Below are positions 45,132 to 54,411 of a stretch of 64,000 nt of DNA, one piece after another. This DNA comes from an uncultured Christensenellaceae bacterium (GTDB lineage Bacteria; Bacillota; Clostridia; Christensenellales; CAG-314): positions 66,008 through 130,007 of the forward strand of contig CAJUNH010000004.1 of the NCBI GenBank assembly GCA_910587795.1. Direction: 5' to 3'. A program made the translations under genes and the position numbers. The notes below the pieces were generated by a model. That model made no database searches. It was not told the origin of the DNA and was given only the letters and a program-made list of their open reading frames with translations. Numbering within the stretch: the stretch's first letter is position 1; each line of letters opens with the position of its first letter.

Positions 45132-46733
45132 CTATAAGGAATCTTTTAAACTATCTAGAAATAAATTGTAATATTCCAAAAATACGGCATAAGCGACTTC
45201 TTTATTCGTTTCAACCATTAATTTTGGAACGTCGGAGTTATCACTTTCATCCACATAAAATACGATCGCTTCGTCGTCTTTTATGTTATCGATTCGGTCT
45301 AACGGTTTTAATACGCAATATATTTTTTCGTCATACGGTATCACTGCAACCTGTTCAAAGATAATTTTTCGTCCGTTATTGTCCTTTAAAAGCAGAGGTC
45401 TAGTATTTTCTTCATCAAGAAGTATATCAAGTATATCAAGGTCTTCTTCCGTTGCATTTTCTATAACGAATTCGTTTGTGTTAGTAATTTCTTTATTCAC
45501 GTTTTCTTTTTGAGCTTTTGGATTACTTACTTTATCTATTATGGATTGCATAGAGTTTGTTATATTTTGTAAGTCGGTTAGATAGTCGTATCGTTCGGTC
45601 AGTTTACCGGATGCAATAAGCGACTGAACATATTCGATAACGATTTTGCAATCGGATGAATCGATATGCAGACCGTATAAAATCAGTGTTTGCGCAATCA
45701 TAGGGTGCATTGTAAGAATATAATCGTTATTAGCGCTCTTGTATCGATTGAGCAATCCTAGATTTGTAAGACGAATAATTTCGTTGGAGGATTGCAGTGC
45801 AAGAACGTCAAGCAGAAATTTTTCGCTTATTTGAAACTGTTTGTATATAGCAAGCAAAGACAGTATTTTTTGCGAAACAGCATCGCTGATTATATCCGCA
45901 AAATCGGTAATTTTAAGGAATGAGCACAGATTGTTGGCTATCGTATCGAATTTGTCGTTTCCGTGAATATCGCCGTTGAAAGCATTTTTCTTCAAATATA
46001 TTTCACTCTTTTCACAGTAGTTTTTCAATGAGATATTTTGCTCGTTAAGCATTTGCGCAATCCAAATTATAGCTTGTGTATTTCCCAAAAACTCATTGTG
46101 TATATGCTTTTCAAAGTATTGCAGATCGTTTGGCTCAAAACTCGAATAATAGTTTTTAAAAATCTTTGTTGTTACAGAAACATCTAATTCTGTAATTTCT
46201 TTGTTAAGAATTTCGCAAGGCAGCGTAAGTTTTTTACGTGTAGTAATTAAAATTTTACATTGAAACAGTTCGAGTAAGCTGTTTATAAATTTTTCGTTTA
46301 AATTATTAACGTTGTCAATTAGCAGAATAACGTTATCGCTTAATTTTTTTACGGCGTTGCCTAAAATATTCAGCGCTAAGTCTTTATCCTGACTGGCTAC
46401 TTGTGCATATTGTGCTATCACTTCGGAGCTGTAATCTATTTGTAATAATAAGTTTTTAATAGTTGCGTCCTGTTTGTCTTCAAAAACAATTGTGCGCGGA
46501 CATAAAAGATTGGAAGACTGTACAAAACGCTTTGCCAAAGTCGTTTTGCCTATGCCTCCAATACCGTATAGTACGGCAATGCGTTTATTTTGTTTAAAAA
46601 ACCAGTCATTTAATGCGTTGATTTCTTGTTCTCTGCCCACAAAATATCTTTCAAGCGTTGTATTTTCGGACTGTAAAACGGGCTTAGCACTATTGATAAC
46701 AGATAAATTTCTTTTGAGTTCTTCTGTGTTCAT
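45132..46733 (-). CDS. NB-ARC-type STAND NTPase fused to a C-terminal DUF1292 domain
   Basis: 533 aa. FVGREQEINAL is followed by the P-loop GIGGIGKTTLAKRF. Walker B is VILLIDNVNN, the RNBS-B-like motif is KILITTRKK, and the MHD-like motif is LTMHPMIAQ. The last ~100 aa (LLLKDNNGRKIIFEQVAVIPYDEKIYCVLKPLD....DEAIVFYVDE......LMVETNKEVAYAVFLEY) fit the DUF1292 pattern. Confidence 0.75.
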   Translation of the reverse strand: MNTEELKRNLSVINSAKPVLQSENTTLERYFVGREQEINALNDWFFKQNKRIAVLYGIGGIGKTTLAKRFVQSSNLLCPRTIVFEDKQDATIKNLLLQIDYSSEVIAQYAQVASQDKDLALNILGNAVKKLSDNVILLIDNVNNLNEKFINSLLELFQCKILITTRKKLTLPCEILNKEITELDVSVTTKIFKNYYSSFEPNDLQYFEKHIHNEFLGNTQAIIWIAQMLNEQNISLKNYCEKSEIYLKKNAFNGDIHGNDKFDTIANNLCSFLKITDFADIISDAVSQKILSLLAIYKQFQISEKFLLDVLALQSSNEIIRLTNLGLLNRYKSANNDYILTMHPMIAQTLILYGLHIDSSDCKIVIEYVQSLIASGKLTERYDYLTDLQNITNSMQSIIDKVSNPKAQKENVNKEITNTNEFVIENATEEDLDILDILLDEENTRPLLLKDNNGRKIIFEQVAVIPYDEKIYCVLKPLDRIDNIKDDEAIVFYVDESDNSDVPKLMVETNKEVAYAVFLEYYNLFLDSLKDSL

Positions 46734-46744
46734 TGTAATCCTCC

Positions 46745-47290
46745 TTATTGCATTGCATTCAAAATTTGGGGAATTTTGTTAAAGAATTGCGTTTGTGTTT
46801 CGTCTGCAATCGTAACGCATAGCGCCTGGTATGTTTGTTGCTCTTCGTTCAAAACCGATTCGTTGTCAATGTTTAATTTTAACAAATTATCAAAATAGTA
46901 ATCGGATTTTTTTTCGTACCATTTATTAATTTCATTCATTGTAGCAAATAATTCCATTAGGTCGTTAAACCATTTCTCATTAGAAATTAAAATCAGCTGA
47001 TTGGTAGCAGCCAATTGCTCTACATGTGTTAAAGATAAAATCGTATGTCCAATATCCGTGCCGGTTTTGATTTTTTGCAGCGTTTGATTTTGAATATCTT
47101 TCCTACCCCATTCCGTTAAATCTTTTTTAATCAATTTGACTATGCTGTTACATTGTGCTTTTTCTATCCATTTATTTGCTCCCCAAGCAGACAATATCGC
47201 AAACGCAAAGCCTAGCAAAGACCCTATAACAGTAATGGCAAAGTCCGACCAATTCCATTCCCATGCCGTCGATAAAAGCGTAAAAAGCAT
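46745..47290 (-). CDS. Small single-TM protein (181 aa), first gene of the NB-ARC operon
   Basis: An N-terminal TM (FAITVIGSLLGFAFAILSAWGA) is followed by a helical domain. There is an 11-nt gap to the NB-ARC gene. RBS GGAG. Confidence 0.5.
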   Translation of the reverse strand: MLFTLLSTAWEWNWSDFAITVIGSLLGFAFAILSAWGANKWIEKAQCNSIVKLIKKDLTEWGRKDIQNQTLQKIKTGTDIGHTILSLTHVEQLAATNQLILISNEKWFNDLMELFATMNEINKWYEKKSDYYFDNLLKLNIDNESVLNEEQQTYQALCVTIADETQTQFFNKIPQILNAMQ

Positions 47291-47322
47291 TTATGTAATC
47301 TCCGTATAACATACTTTTTTTG

Positions 47323-47351
47323 ATTGTATCATAGACAAAATCAAATGTCAA
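47323..47351 (-). promoter_or_regulatory. Sigma70 promoter of the TM/NB-ARC/LRR operon (TTGACA - 17 nt - TACAAT on minus strand)
   Basis: Read on the reverse complement: TTGACATTTGATTTTGTCTATGATACAAT. Confidence 0.55.
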
Positions 47352-47445
47352 TATTCGATGTGAGTTTTTAAATGCTTTATAAAATTTGACTGTGGCAATA
47401 TTTTTACAGGCAATAGTAAACTTTATTTTATGTTCGTGCAGAATA

Positions 47446-47646
47446 ACAGGCGTAGCGCATGTGTGCTATATTAATAAAAAACCTTTTATGGCAATTTGCA
47501 GTATTACCGATAATGCCGATAACGTCGGGCATAATGACTTTGAATTTAACTGTAAAAATGCGTCGAATATAGCTGCCGATTTCGTTAAATTGTTTATAGA
47601 AGAATGTAAAAATTATTTTGGGAGTGTTAAAGGACTTATATTATAG
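47446..47646 (+). pseudogene. mtnN: 3' fragment of an MTA/SAH nucleosidase (PNP_UDP_1 family) gene
   Basis: TGVAHVCYINKKPFMAICSITDNADNVGHNDFEFNCKNASNIAADFVKLFIEE matches the C-terminal ~65 aa of MtnN/Pfs (A.AHVC..FNVPF.V.RAISD.AD......F.EF...AA..S...V..L). The upstream ~170 aa of such enzymes are missing. Confidence 0.6.
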
Positions 47647-47898
47647 ACAAAGACAAAGAACGCCGCATTTAATTGCAACGCTGTTAGAGATTCGGTAAAA
47701 GTCCGTAAAGCGCCTATCAGCTTTTGTAAGTTCGTATGCAATAACGCACACTTTATATTGTTATTGTTCCTTTGGGGACTGAATATGTAGGCGTATGATA
47801 AAAATGCATTCGATAAAATGAATAATAAAATACCGCATAGGCTTTAAAAAGTTTATGCGGCTTTTTGTTTGTTATTGTTTTGTAGCAGTGCAAAATAA

Positions 47899-48342
47899 TT
47901 AGCTTGCGGATCTGCCGAGAATAAAATCAACGGATACGTCAAAGCCGTCGGCGAGCGCAATTATGTTATCAAGCGTAGGTTCGCGCTTTCCGTTCTTCCA
48001 TTCATAAAACCGCGAAGCCGAAATATGTGCTGTTTTATAAAATTGCCACCATGGACACTCGAAATACTTTTTCAGTCTCACCAATTGCTCGGAGAACAGA
48101 GGGCATTTTTGAAATTTCGAAGAGTAGTTTTCATGTTCTCTGCCAAGCAAAAAATCCGTTGTGCAATTAAAATAGTCTGCTAATTTAATCAGTGTGCCAA
48201 CAGATGGTGTGAATTGTGAATGTAATGCTCGGGAAATAGTAGACGAGTCTAACCCAATTTTGTTTGCGAGTTGTGTAACTGTTATTTCTTGTTCGAACAT
48301 CAACGAATCGAGTGTTTCAGCAAATTTCGACAAATTATCCAT
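47899..48342 (-). CDS. XRE-family regulator with two HTH_3 domains
   Basis: 147 aa. The first HTH is ITVTQLANKIGLDSSTISRAL.... The second is ISASRFYEWKNGKREPTLDNIIALADGFDVSVDFILG. Confidence 0.8.
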   Translation of the reverse strand: MDNLSKFAETLDSLMFEQEITVTQLANKIGLDSSTISRALHSQFTPSVGTLIKLADYFNCTTDFLLGREHENYSSKFQKCPLFSEQLVRLKKYFECPWWQFYKTAHISASRFYEWKNGKREPTLDNIIALADGFDVSVDFILGRSAS

Positions 48343-48833
48343 TTATTAGTCTCCTTTCTACAAATATATTATCTCCCACATGCGCAAAAAAATACTTGTC
48401 GCTTGCACTGATGGGAGAGTATAATATAAGTACACTTAACGCGCGAACGGTGAATAAAACAAGGAGTTGAATTTAATGGAAAATCAACAAAAAAATTTTG
48501 CTAAAGAAAAAATGAATTACAGTGCATCTAAAAAACAAACATTATAACGGCAAACGATATTGCAGCAGAAATAATGGTATTGCTAGACGATTTCTTTTGT
48601 GGTATGTTTAAAATTAACAAGACCGAGATACTTATGGAGTTAGATGATAACAAAGTTTTTCGGTTGTCGATTAGGTAATATAGGATTACGCAGTATAATA
48701 AAAAAGCCGAAGCAAAAAAAGAGTTGGAACGAAAAGAGAGAAGTTGTAATTATTGTATCAATTCGACTTTTGAACAAAAAGAAATCAATTGTCTTGGGTT
48801 GAAGAAAATTGTCGAAACGGGAGAAAAAAAGAA

Positions 48834-49313
48834 ATGTTGTTAATAAAAGGAAATAGGTTGGTGTCATCAAATGTCAGTTTTGATTTCCCGGAAAAATTCA
48901 GTATAGTTTTTAATAATAAGTTATATTGTGAGAATATGATACGTTTTGTATCTCGTACTGGCATAATAAAATATGGTACTGTGAATATTGAAGTGTCATT
49001 AAGATATGCGAACGAATCTGCCGTAAAAGATTTGAGACAATTTATCGGGTATGGCGGGCATTTGCGTAGTGAAATTAAGCCGATTGTAAGGGGAGACGGC
49101 ACGGGTTACTGTGCGTATTATAACGCTTGTCAAAAAACCATTGATATGTATGCTGAAAAGTATGATTTTCCGATGACTAAGCAGGGTGTAAACCGCTTTG
49201 ATTTGTGTGTGTTTTTGATGGCGGGAAAAGGAAAAAAACTTGTCCAGAATGTCGAAGGAGGAATGGATATTCCTATCGTAAAAAAATTCCTTGACAGTAT
49301 TCGATATAAATAA
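48834..49313 (+). CDS. Hypothetical protein (159 aa)
   Basis: I start at MLLIKGN after GGGAGAAAAAAAGAA. No motif was recognised. A terminator follows. Confidence 0.4.
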   Translation: MLLIKGNRLVSSNVSFDFPEKFSIVFNNKLYCENMIRFVSRTGIIKYGTVNIEVSLRYANESAVKDLRQFIGYGGHLRSEIKPIVRGDGTGYCAYYNACQKTIDMYAEKYDFPMTKQGVNRFDLCVFLMAGKGKKLVQNVEGGMDIPIVKKFLDSIRYK

Positions 49314-49324
49314 ATGTAAAGAAG

Positions 49325-49350
49325 GAGCCGACAAAATTGTCGGCTCTTTT
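49325..49350 (+). terminator. Rho-independent terminator
   Basis: GAGCCGACA aaat TGTCGGCTC plus TTTT. Confidence 0.7.
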
Positions 49351-49647
49351 GATGTGAATGTATGCAACGCATATTTACATTTTTAAACGATATAGAAAAA
49401 GATAATAAACTTGTTTCATAATATGAAGATGGTATTTTATGCTCATAAAAATATTCAATACATTTAAATACTTGGCATTTTTCACAAAAGTGTTATAATT
49501 AATTGAGTAACTGTGCCTAACGGAATACAATGAGTTTTGATTATATTGTAAAAATACTAACTAGGTTTAAATGTAATTTACCTTATATTTTTTATTTGAT
49601 TTTATCAATATAAAAACTTCCGTCTAAGCGGAGCAAAGGAATTGAAT

Positions 49648-50301
49648 ATGAAATTTAAAAACGTTTTATTCGATTTGGACGGTACGCTGCTAAGTACCGA
49701 GGAGGACTTGGCAATAGCCACAAACCATGCTTTTGAAAAGTTCGGCTATAAGGTTAACGCCACGGTCGAAACAATTCGTCGCGGTATAGGGGTGGAAATA
49801 ATCCCAATGTTGCGTCTTGCCTACAAGGAAGCGGACTTAGCCGTTTGCGAGGACGATTTTTTAAAAATCAGGGACGAATTTGAAATTTATTACGCAGCGC
49901 ACAACAACGTTTACACCCGTCCTTTTAACGGAGTAATCGATACGCTAAAAAAGCTAAACGCCGCAGGCGTAAAGACGGGCGTTATCTCTAATAAACCCGA
50001 CGAATCTGCGCGTGCTTGCGTCAACAGGTATTTCGGCAGTTTGTTTTCTTTTGCCGTCGGCTCGTGTGTGGGTAAACCTATCAAGCCGCAAAAAGAAGTG
50101 TTTTACAATTTGGCGGCGGAATACGGATTAATACGCGAAGATTGTTTGTATGTGGGAGATATGGTTTACGATGTTCAGTTTGCCAAAAACGTCGGTATGA
50201 AAGTTGCAATTTGCTCTTACGGCTACGGCACAAAGCAGGATATGGCAAATGCGGATTTTGTTATAGACGAGTTTTCTCAGCTTTTGCAAATTGTTTTGTA
50301 A
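49648..50301 (+). CDS. HAD-superfamily phosphatase (phosphoglycolate phosphatase-like)
   Basis: Motif I is FDLDGTL, motif II is GVISNK, and motif IV is YVGDMVYDVQFAKNVGM. Confidence 0.8.
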   Translation: MKFKNVLFDLDGTLLSTEEDLAIATNHAFEKFGYKVNATVETIRRGIGVEIIPMLRLAYKEADLAVCEDDFLKIRDEFEIYYAAHNNVYTRPFNGVIDTLKKLNAAGVKTGVISNKPDESARACVNRYFGSLFSFAVGSCVGKPIKPQKEVFYNLAAEYGLIREDCLYVGDMVYDVQFAKNVGMKVAICSYGYGTKQDMANADFVIDEFSQLLQIVL

Positions 50302-50345
50302 GCAAACCGCCGATTTTGCGTCGTCGGTTTTTGTTTGCGCTAATG

Positions 50346-50374
50346 TTGACAATGCGCGCGATATTTGATATATT
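50346..50374 (+). promoter_or_regulatory. Sigma70 promoter (TTGACA - 17 nt - TATATT) ending 6 nt before the PHP gene ATG
   Basis: Read directly. There is no SD between the -10 element and the ATG at 50381. Confidence 0.5.
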
Positions 50375-50380
50375 TTGTAT

Positions 50381-51199
50381 ATGAAATGCGATTTACACAT
50401 TCACTCAAATTGCTCGGACGGAATTTTTTCCCCTTCAAAACTTGTGGAAATGGCTAAGGATCGGGGGTTGGAATGTATTGCCGTAACCGATCACGATACG
50501 TTTGCGGGAGTTTTGGAAGCGCAGGAAAAAGCGCGTGAAGCGGGTATGAAATATATTGTCGGGGCGGAGCTGTCCAGCGTATACGAAGGCAGGGACGTAC
50601 ATATACTTGCGTATAACGTAAATATGTCTGCGGACGGCTTCGAACACGATTTGGCGCAGATTGCCGATTTAAGAAATCAGCGCAATTTTGCTATGGTTAA
50701 AAAACTTGCCGAGCACGGAATTACGGTAGATTTGGAAAAACTGAAAGAGCAGTGTACCGTTGTCGGCAGACCGGCTATTGCAATGGAAATCGTACGTCAG
50801 GGCATATGTAACGACGTGCCGGAAGTATTTGATAAGTATTTGGGGCAAGATAAGTGCTGTTTTGTCCAAACCCGACGTTTAACGCCGACAGAGGCAATAC
50901 AGTTTACGTTAAAGTACGGCGGATTGCCGGTGCTTGCCCACCCCAAACAGCTGCGTATGTCCGGTAATGCTAAGTTCGAACAGTTTTTGCGTATTCTTGT
51001 AAAAGCGGGGCTTGCAGGTATTGAAGCGCATTATTTTACACACAATAGGGTAGAGCGCAATTTTTACGGCAAAATGGCAAAAAAATATAGGCTTATCTCC
51101 ACGGGCGGAAGCGATTTTCACGACTATACCCACGGAGTGGAGCTAGGTACAAAAAGTTTTTCGCCAAGCGGTTATACCCGCAAAATTTTGGGAATATGA
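50381..51199 (+). CDS. PHP-domain phosphoesterase (TrpH/YciV-like)
   Basis: MKCDLHIHSNCSDG...IAVTDHDT is the PHP metal-binding signature. Confidence 0.8.
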   Translation: MKCDLHIHSNCSDGIFSPSKLVEMAKDRGLECIAVTDHDTFAGVLEAQEKAREAGMKYIVGAELSSVYEGRDVHILAYNVNMSADGFEHDLAQIADLRNQRNFAMVKKLAEHGITVDLEKLKEQCTVVGRPAIAMEIVRQGICNDVPEVFDKYLGQDKCCFVQTRRLTPTEAIQFTLKYGGLPVLAHPKQLRMSGNAKFEQFLRILVKAGLAGIEAHYFTHNRVERNFYGKMAKKYRLISTGGSDFHDYTHGVELGTKSFSPSGYTRKILGI

Positions 51200-52452
51200 A
51201 AAAACTTAAATATTACACGATTATATTTGCGCTCGCAGTAATTATTGCGGGCGTTTTTGTTACTAACTCGGCTGTCGCTTATGCGGAGCAGTCTTTTGCG
51301 CCGTGGAACGTAACGGCGGAAATATATTACGGCGACGAGGTTTACCGCTACGATTTAAGCAAACAAATAGACGGAGTGGAGTTTGAAGCGGATATCAGGG
51401 GCTTTTATTTGGGATATAACGGCCGAAAAAATCTTGCAAACGGTCTGTTAAAGCAAGGACTGGACCCGATATGCGTGTATCAGTATTTGCTGCCGAACTT
51501 CGATAAAATTTTAAAACGTTTTAATTACGTGTGCTGTGACAGAACGGACTCTGCGGTAAATTTTTCCTCACGCGGATTCAGTTACGGCAAGTCTTGCGAC
51601 GGCGTTAAAATAGACGCGGATAAACTGTTTGAAGAAATGATTTCCTGCCGCGGACATTTTAAACGTATTGCATTGCCGTTAAAATACGACCGAGCAATAA
51701 CTGCCGAACAGCTTAAACGTAACACGGTATTAAAAGGCAAATTTACTACTACGTACTATAACAGCGGCGAAAACCGCTGCTTTAACATAGCGTTGTCTGC
51801 TAAGGCTATTGACGGCATTACAGTAAAAAGCGGACAAACGTTTTCATTTAACGACGTAGTAGGCGCGCGTACCGAAGCAAACGGTTACAAGAACGCAAAG
51901 GTTATAATGGACGGCGGATATACCGACGGCGTAGGCGGAGGAGTGTGTCAAACTTCTACCACGCTCTATAACGCTCTGCTTTTAGCGGGACTGCTTCCTA
52001 AGGCGAGCCAGCATACGCTGGTGTCCGGTTATGTTAAAGCGGGGTTTGACGCTATGGTTGCCGACGGAGTTGCGGATTTGACTTTTGTCAATACTACAAA
52101 TCACGATCTTTACATCAGCGCAAAAGTTAGCGGTAAGACGGTAACTTTTACTGTCTACGGAGAGCCGAACGAGTACGATATCGTGCGGGAAAGCGTCGAG
52201 CAGCGTCAGCCTTTTAACGTGGTGGAAATAGTGGATAAAACCCGTTTTCCCGAATTGGTGTACGACGATCAAATAAAAGTGATAACAAACGGCAGCGACG
52301 GAGTAAAAACCAAATCTTACTTAAAGTATTATAAAAACGGCGTTTTGGTTAAAACTCAGCTGATACGCAGTAACTCCTACAAACGCGTGGATAAAGTTAT
52401 TGCGCGCGGCGCCGAACCGCGGGCAGAACAGCCGTCGGCGTTGCTGCCGTAA
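51196..52452 (+). CDS. VanW-family protein with C-terminal G5-like domain
   Basis: It has a signal anchor. The VanW core is GQTFSFNDVVGARTEANGYKNA...GGGVCQTSTTLYNALL. ATGA overlap with the PHP gene. Confidence 0.75.
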   Translation: MKKLKYYTIIFALAVIIAGVFVTNSAVAYAEQSFAPWNVTAEIYYGDEVYRYDLSKQIDGVEFEADIRGFYLGYNGRKNLANGLLKQGLDPICVYQYLLPNFDKILKRFNYVCCDRTDSAVNFSSRGFSYGKSCDGVKIDADKLFEEMISCRGHFKRIALPLKYDRAITAEQLKRNTVLKGKFTTTYYNSGENRCFNIALSAKAIDGITVKSGQTFSFNDVVGARTEANGYKNAKVIMDGGYTDGVGGGVCQTSTTLYNALLLAGLLPKASQHTLVSGYVKAGFDAMVADGVADLTFVNTTNHDLYISAKVSGKTVTFTVYGEPNEYDIVRESVEQRQPFNVVEIVDKTRFPELVYDDQIKVITNGSDGVKTKSYLKYYKNGVLVKTQLIRSNSYKRVDKVIARGAEPRAEQPSALLP

Positions 52453-52814
52453 AAATTTACGCAGTATATTAATGCGTTGCATTAGCGGCCGCTTTGTATC
52501 AAGCGCTTAAATAAAAAGCTGAAATCGGCGTAAAACGCACGTTTTGCTTTGTAAAGTCTATTTATTGTATAAATGCGGATATTAATATATGCGCATATGT
52601 TGTTGGACCGTATGCGATAATTAGCTTTAACCGTACGTTGCAAAACGTACTGGCCGTTTTGCATAGCATTATAAAAAAATCTTTTTATTTTTTATTGCTT
52701 TATAATGCAAAGTTTAGTATAATCTTTATATAAATTGTAACAAAGCGGTGCGTTATAACTGAAGGTCAGGCGCGTAACCGTCTTTTTTGCGTATTCAGTA
52801 CAAAGGAGGCTGCA

Positions 52815-54395
52815 ATGCCCGTTAACAAAGATACACAAAACACAGTAAAGCCGTCTGCAGCGTCTGGTAAAGTAATCAATTTGCCGACAATGCCCAACAG
52901 TGTGGAAGCGGAACAAAATATTTTATTCTGTATAATGCGTAACCCCGCGATGCAGTTGGAAATTTTGTCCAAACTTTCGGAAGACGATTTTTATCAGTCC
53001 AGCCACGCCGCTATTTTTGCGGCAATGAAAGAAATCTCCCGCCGTTCTCATAAGGTGGGGGAAGAAAACATGTCTAATACCGTCAACTTTACTACGGTGG
53101 TGGACTGTTTGCGCCGTAACGGCAAACTTTCGCAGGTGGGTGATATCGACTATATACTTAAATTAAACGAGCTTCTGCCTTCTTCGGCAAAATACGAGGA
53201 ATATCTTGCAATAGTCAAGCGCGCCTCGGTTATGCGTAAACTTATAGGCATTTGCGGCGAGGTTACAAAACGCGCTTACAGCGCCGACAGCGCCGACGAT
53301 GTAATAACTTACGCGGAAGAAGCGATATTTAATTTGTCTCAACGCGACGCCAACAGCGGACTGATTTCTTTTGCCGACGAGGCGGCGCGCACAATGGTGG
53401 CTATCAATAACCGTTTTGTCAATCCCGACGCTTCGCGCGGAATTATGACGGGTTACGTTAAGTTTGACCGTATGACAAACGGCTTGCACGGAGGCGAACT
53501 GATAGTGCTTGCAGCGCGTCCGGGCGTAGGTAAGTCCACAATGGCGATGAACATAGTGGAAAACGTTGCAAAACAGGGCAAGACGGTTGCCGTTTACAGT
53601 TTGGAAATGTCCAACCAACAGCTTGTCGAGCGTATGCTGTCCAGTATGTCCACCGTGCCGTTAAAGTTTATCAAAAACGGTCAGCTGCCTAATGCGGAAA
53701 GCGATATTGCGCGTTTGCAGGCGGCGCAGAATACAATCTGTTCTACAATGCAGCTTTTCGGTAACGATTACGCTAATATACGCCCGTCGGAAATTTCTTC
53801 GCAGTGCCGCAGATTAAAAGCGCAGCACGGCTTGGATTTGATTGTTATCGACTACATACAGTTGATGAACAGCGACGCAAAAGACGCAAATCAGGGCAGA
53901 CAGCAGGAAGTTGCCGCAATCACCCGTGCGTTAAAGCTTATTGCAAAGGAGCTTAACGTGCCGGTCATTGCTTTGTCGCAGTTAAAGCGCGAGGCGGAAA
54001 TCCGCAACATAAAGGGCGAAAAGGGCGGCAGCAGCGAGCCGGTATTATCCGACTTGCGCGAATCGGGCGCTATCGAACAGGACGCGGATATCGTATTGTT
54101 TATTCATAAGGAACAAAACGAAAGCGGCGGTTACGACCATAGCCTAATTGTTGCAAAACACCGTAACGGCGAATTAGGTAATATAAAAATCAGCCTTATC
54201 GGCTCTATCGTACGTTTTGTAGACGAACATTACCAGTATACTCACGGACAGATTGCCGAAAAGCCCGAAGGATACGAAGAAGTGGCTAACGGCGGTGCGG
54301 ATATGACCTTTACGGACGATAGCGAAAGCGACGGCGGTACGTTCAGCGGAATAGACGACGTTGCCTCGGAAACCGACGGTGACGACAATAACTAA
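52815..54395 (+). CDS. dnaB: Replicative DNA helicase
   Basis: 526 aa. The N-terminus has [15 protein letters not shown]. Walker A is [19 protein letters not shown] and LSQLKRE are also present. The tail is acidic. Confidence 0.9.
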   Translation: MPVNKDTQNTVKPSAASGKVINLPTMPNSVEAEQNILFCIMRNPAMQLEILSKLSEDDFYQSSHAAIFAAMKEISRRSHKVGEENMSNTVNFTTVVDCLRRNGKLSQVGDIDYILKLNELLPSSAKYEEYLAIVKRASVMRKLIGICGEVTKRAYSADSADDVITYAEEAIFNLSQRDANSGLISFADEAARTMVAINNRFVNPDASRGIMTGYVKFDRMTNGLHGGELIVLAARPGVGKSTMAMNIVENVAKQGKTVAVYSLEMSNQQLVERMLSSMSTVPLKFIKNGQLPNAESDIARLQAAQNTICSTMQLFGNDYANIRPSEISSQCRRLKAQHGLDLIVIDYIQLMNSDAKDANQGRQQEVAAITRALKLIAKELNVPVIALSQLKREAEIRNIKGEKGGSSEPVLSDLRESGAIEQDADIVLFIHKEQNESGGYDHSLIVAKHRNGELGNIKISLIGSIVRFVDEHYQYTHGQIAEKPEGYEEVANGGADMTFTDDSESDGGTFSGIDDVASETDGDDNN

Positions 54396-54411
54396 CATTA
54401 AAGGTATAAAA

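Noticed and set aside
48476-48678. Small ORFs (23 aa and 34 aa) between the XRE regulator and the 159-aa hypothetical gene.
   Set aside because: They lie in different frames, are very short, and match no recognisable family. They are left unannotated.
54396-54411. T-box leaders or other aaRS control elements upstream of glnS and alaS.
   Set aside because: glnS starts 16 nt after dnaB. The 170-nt region before alaS contains only a hairpin (58507-58538) and no T-box or specifier-like sequence that I can see.
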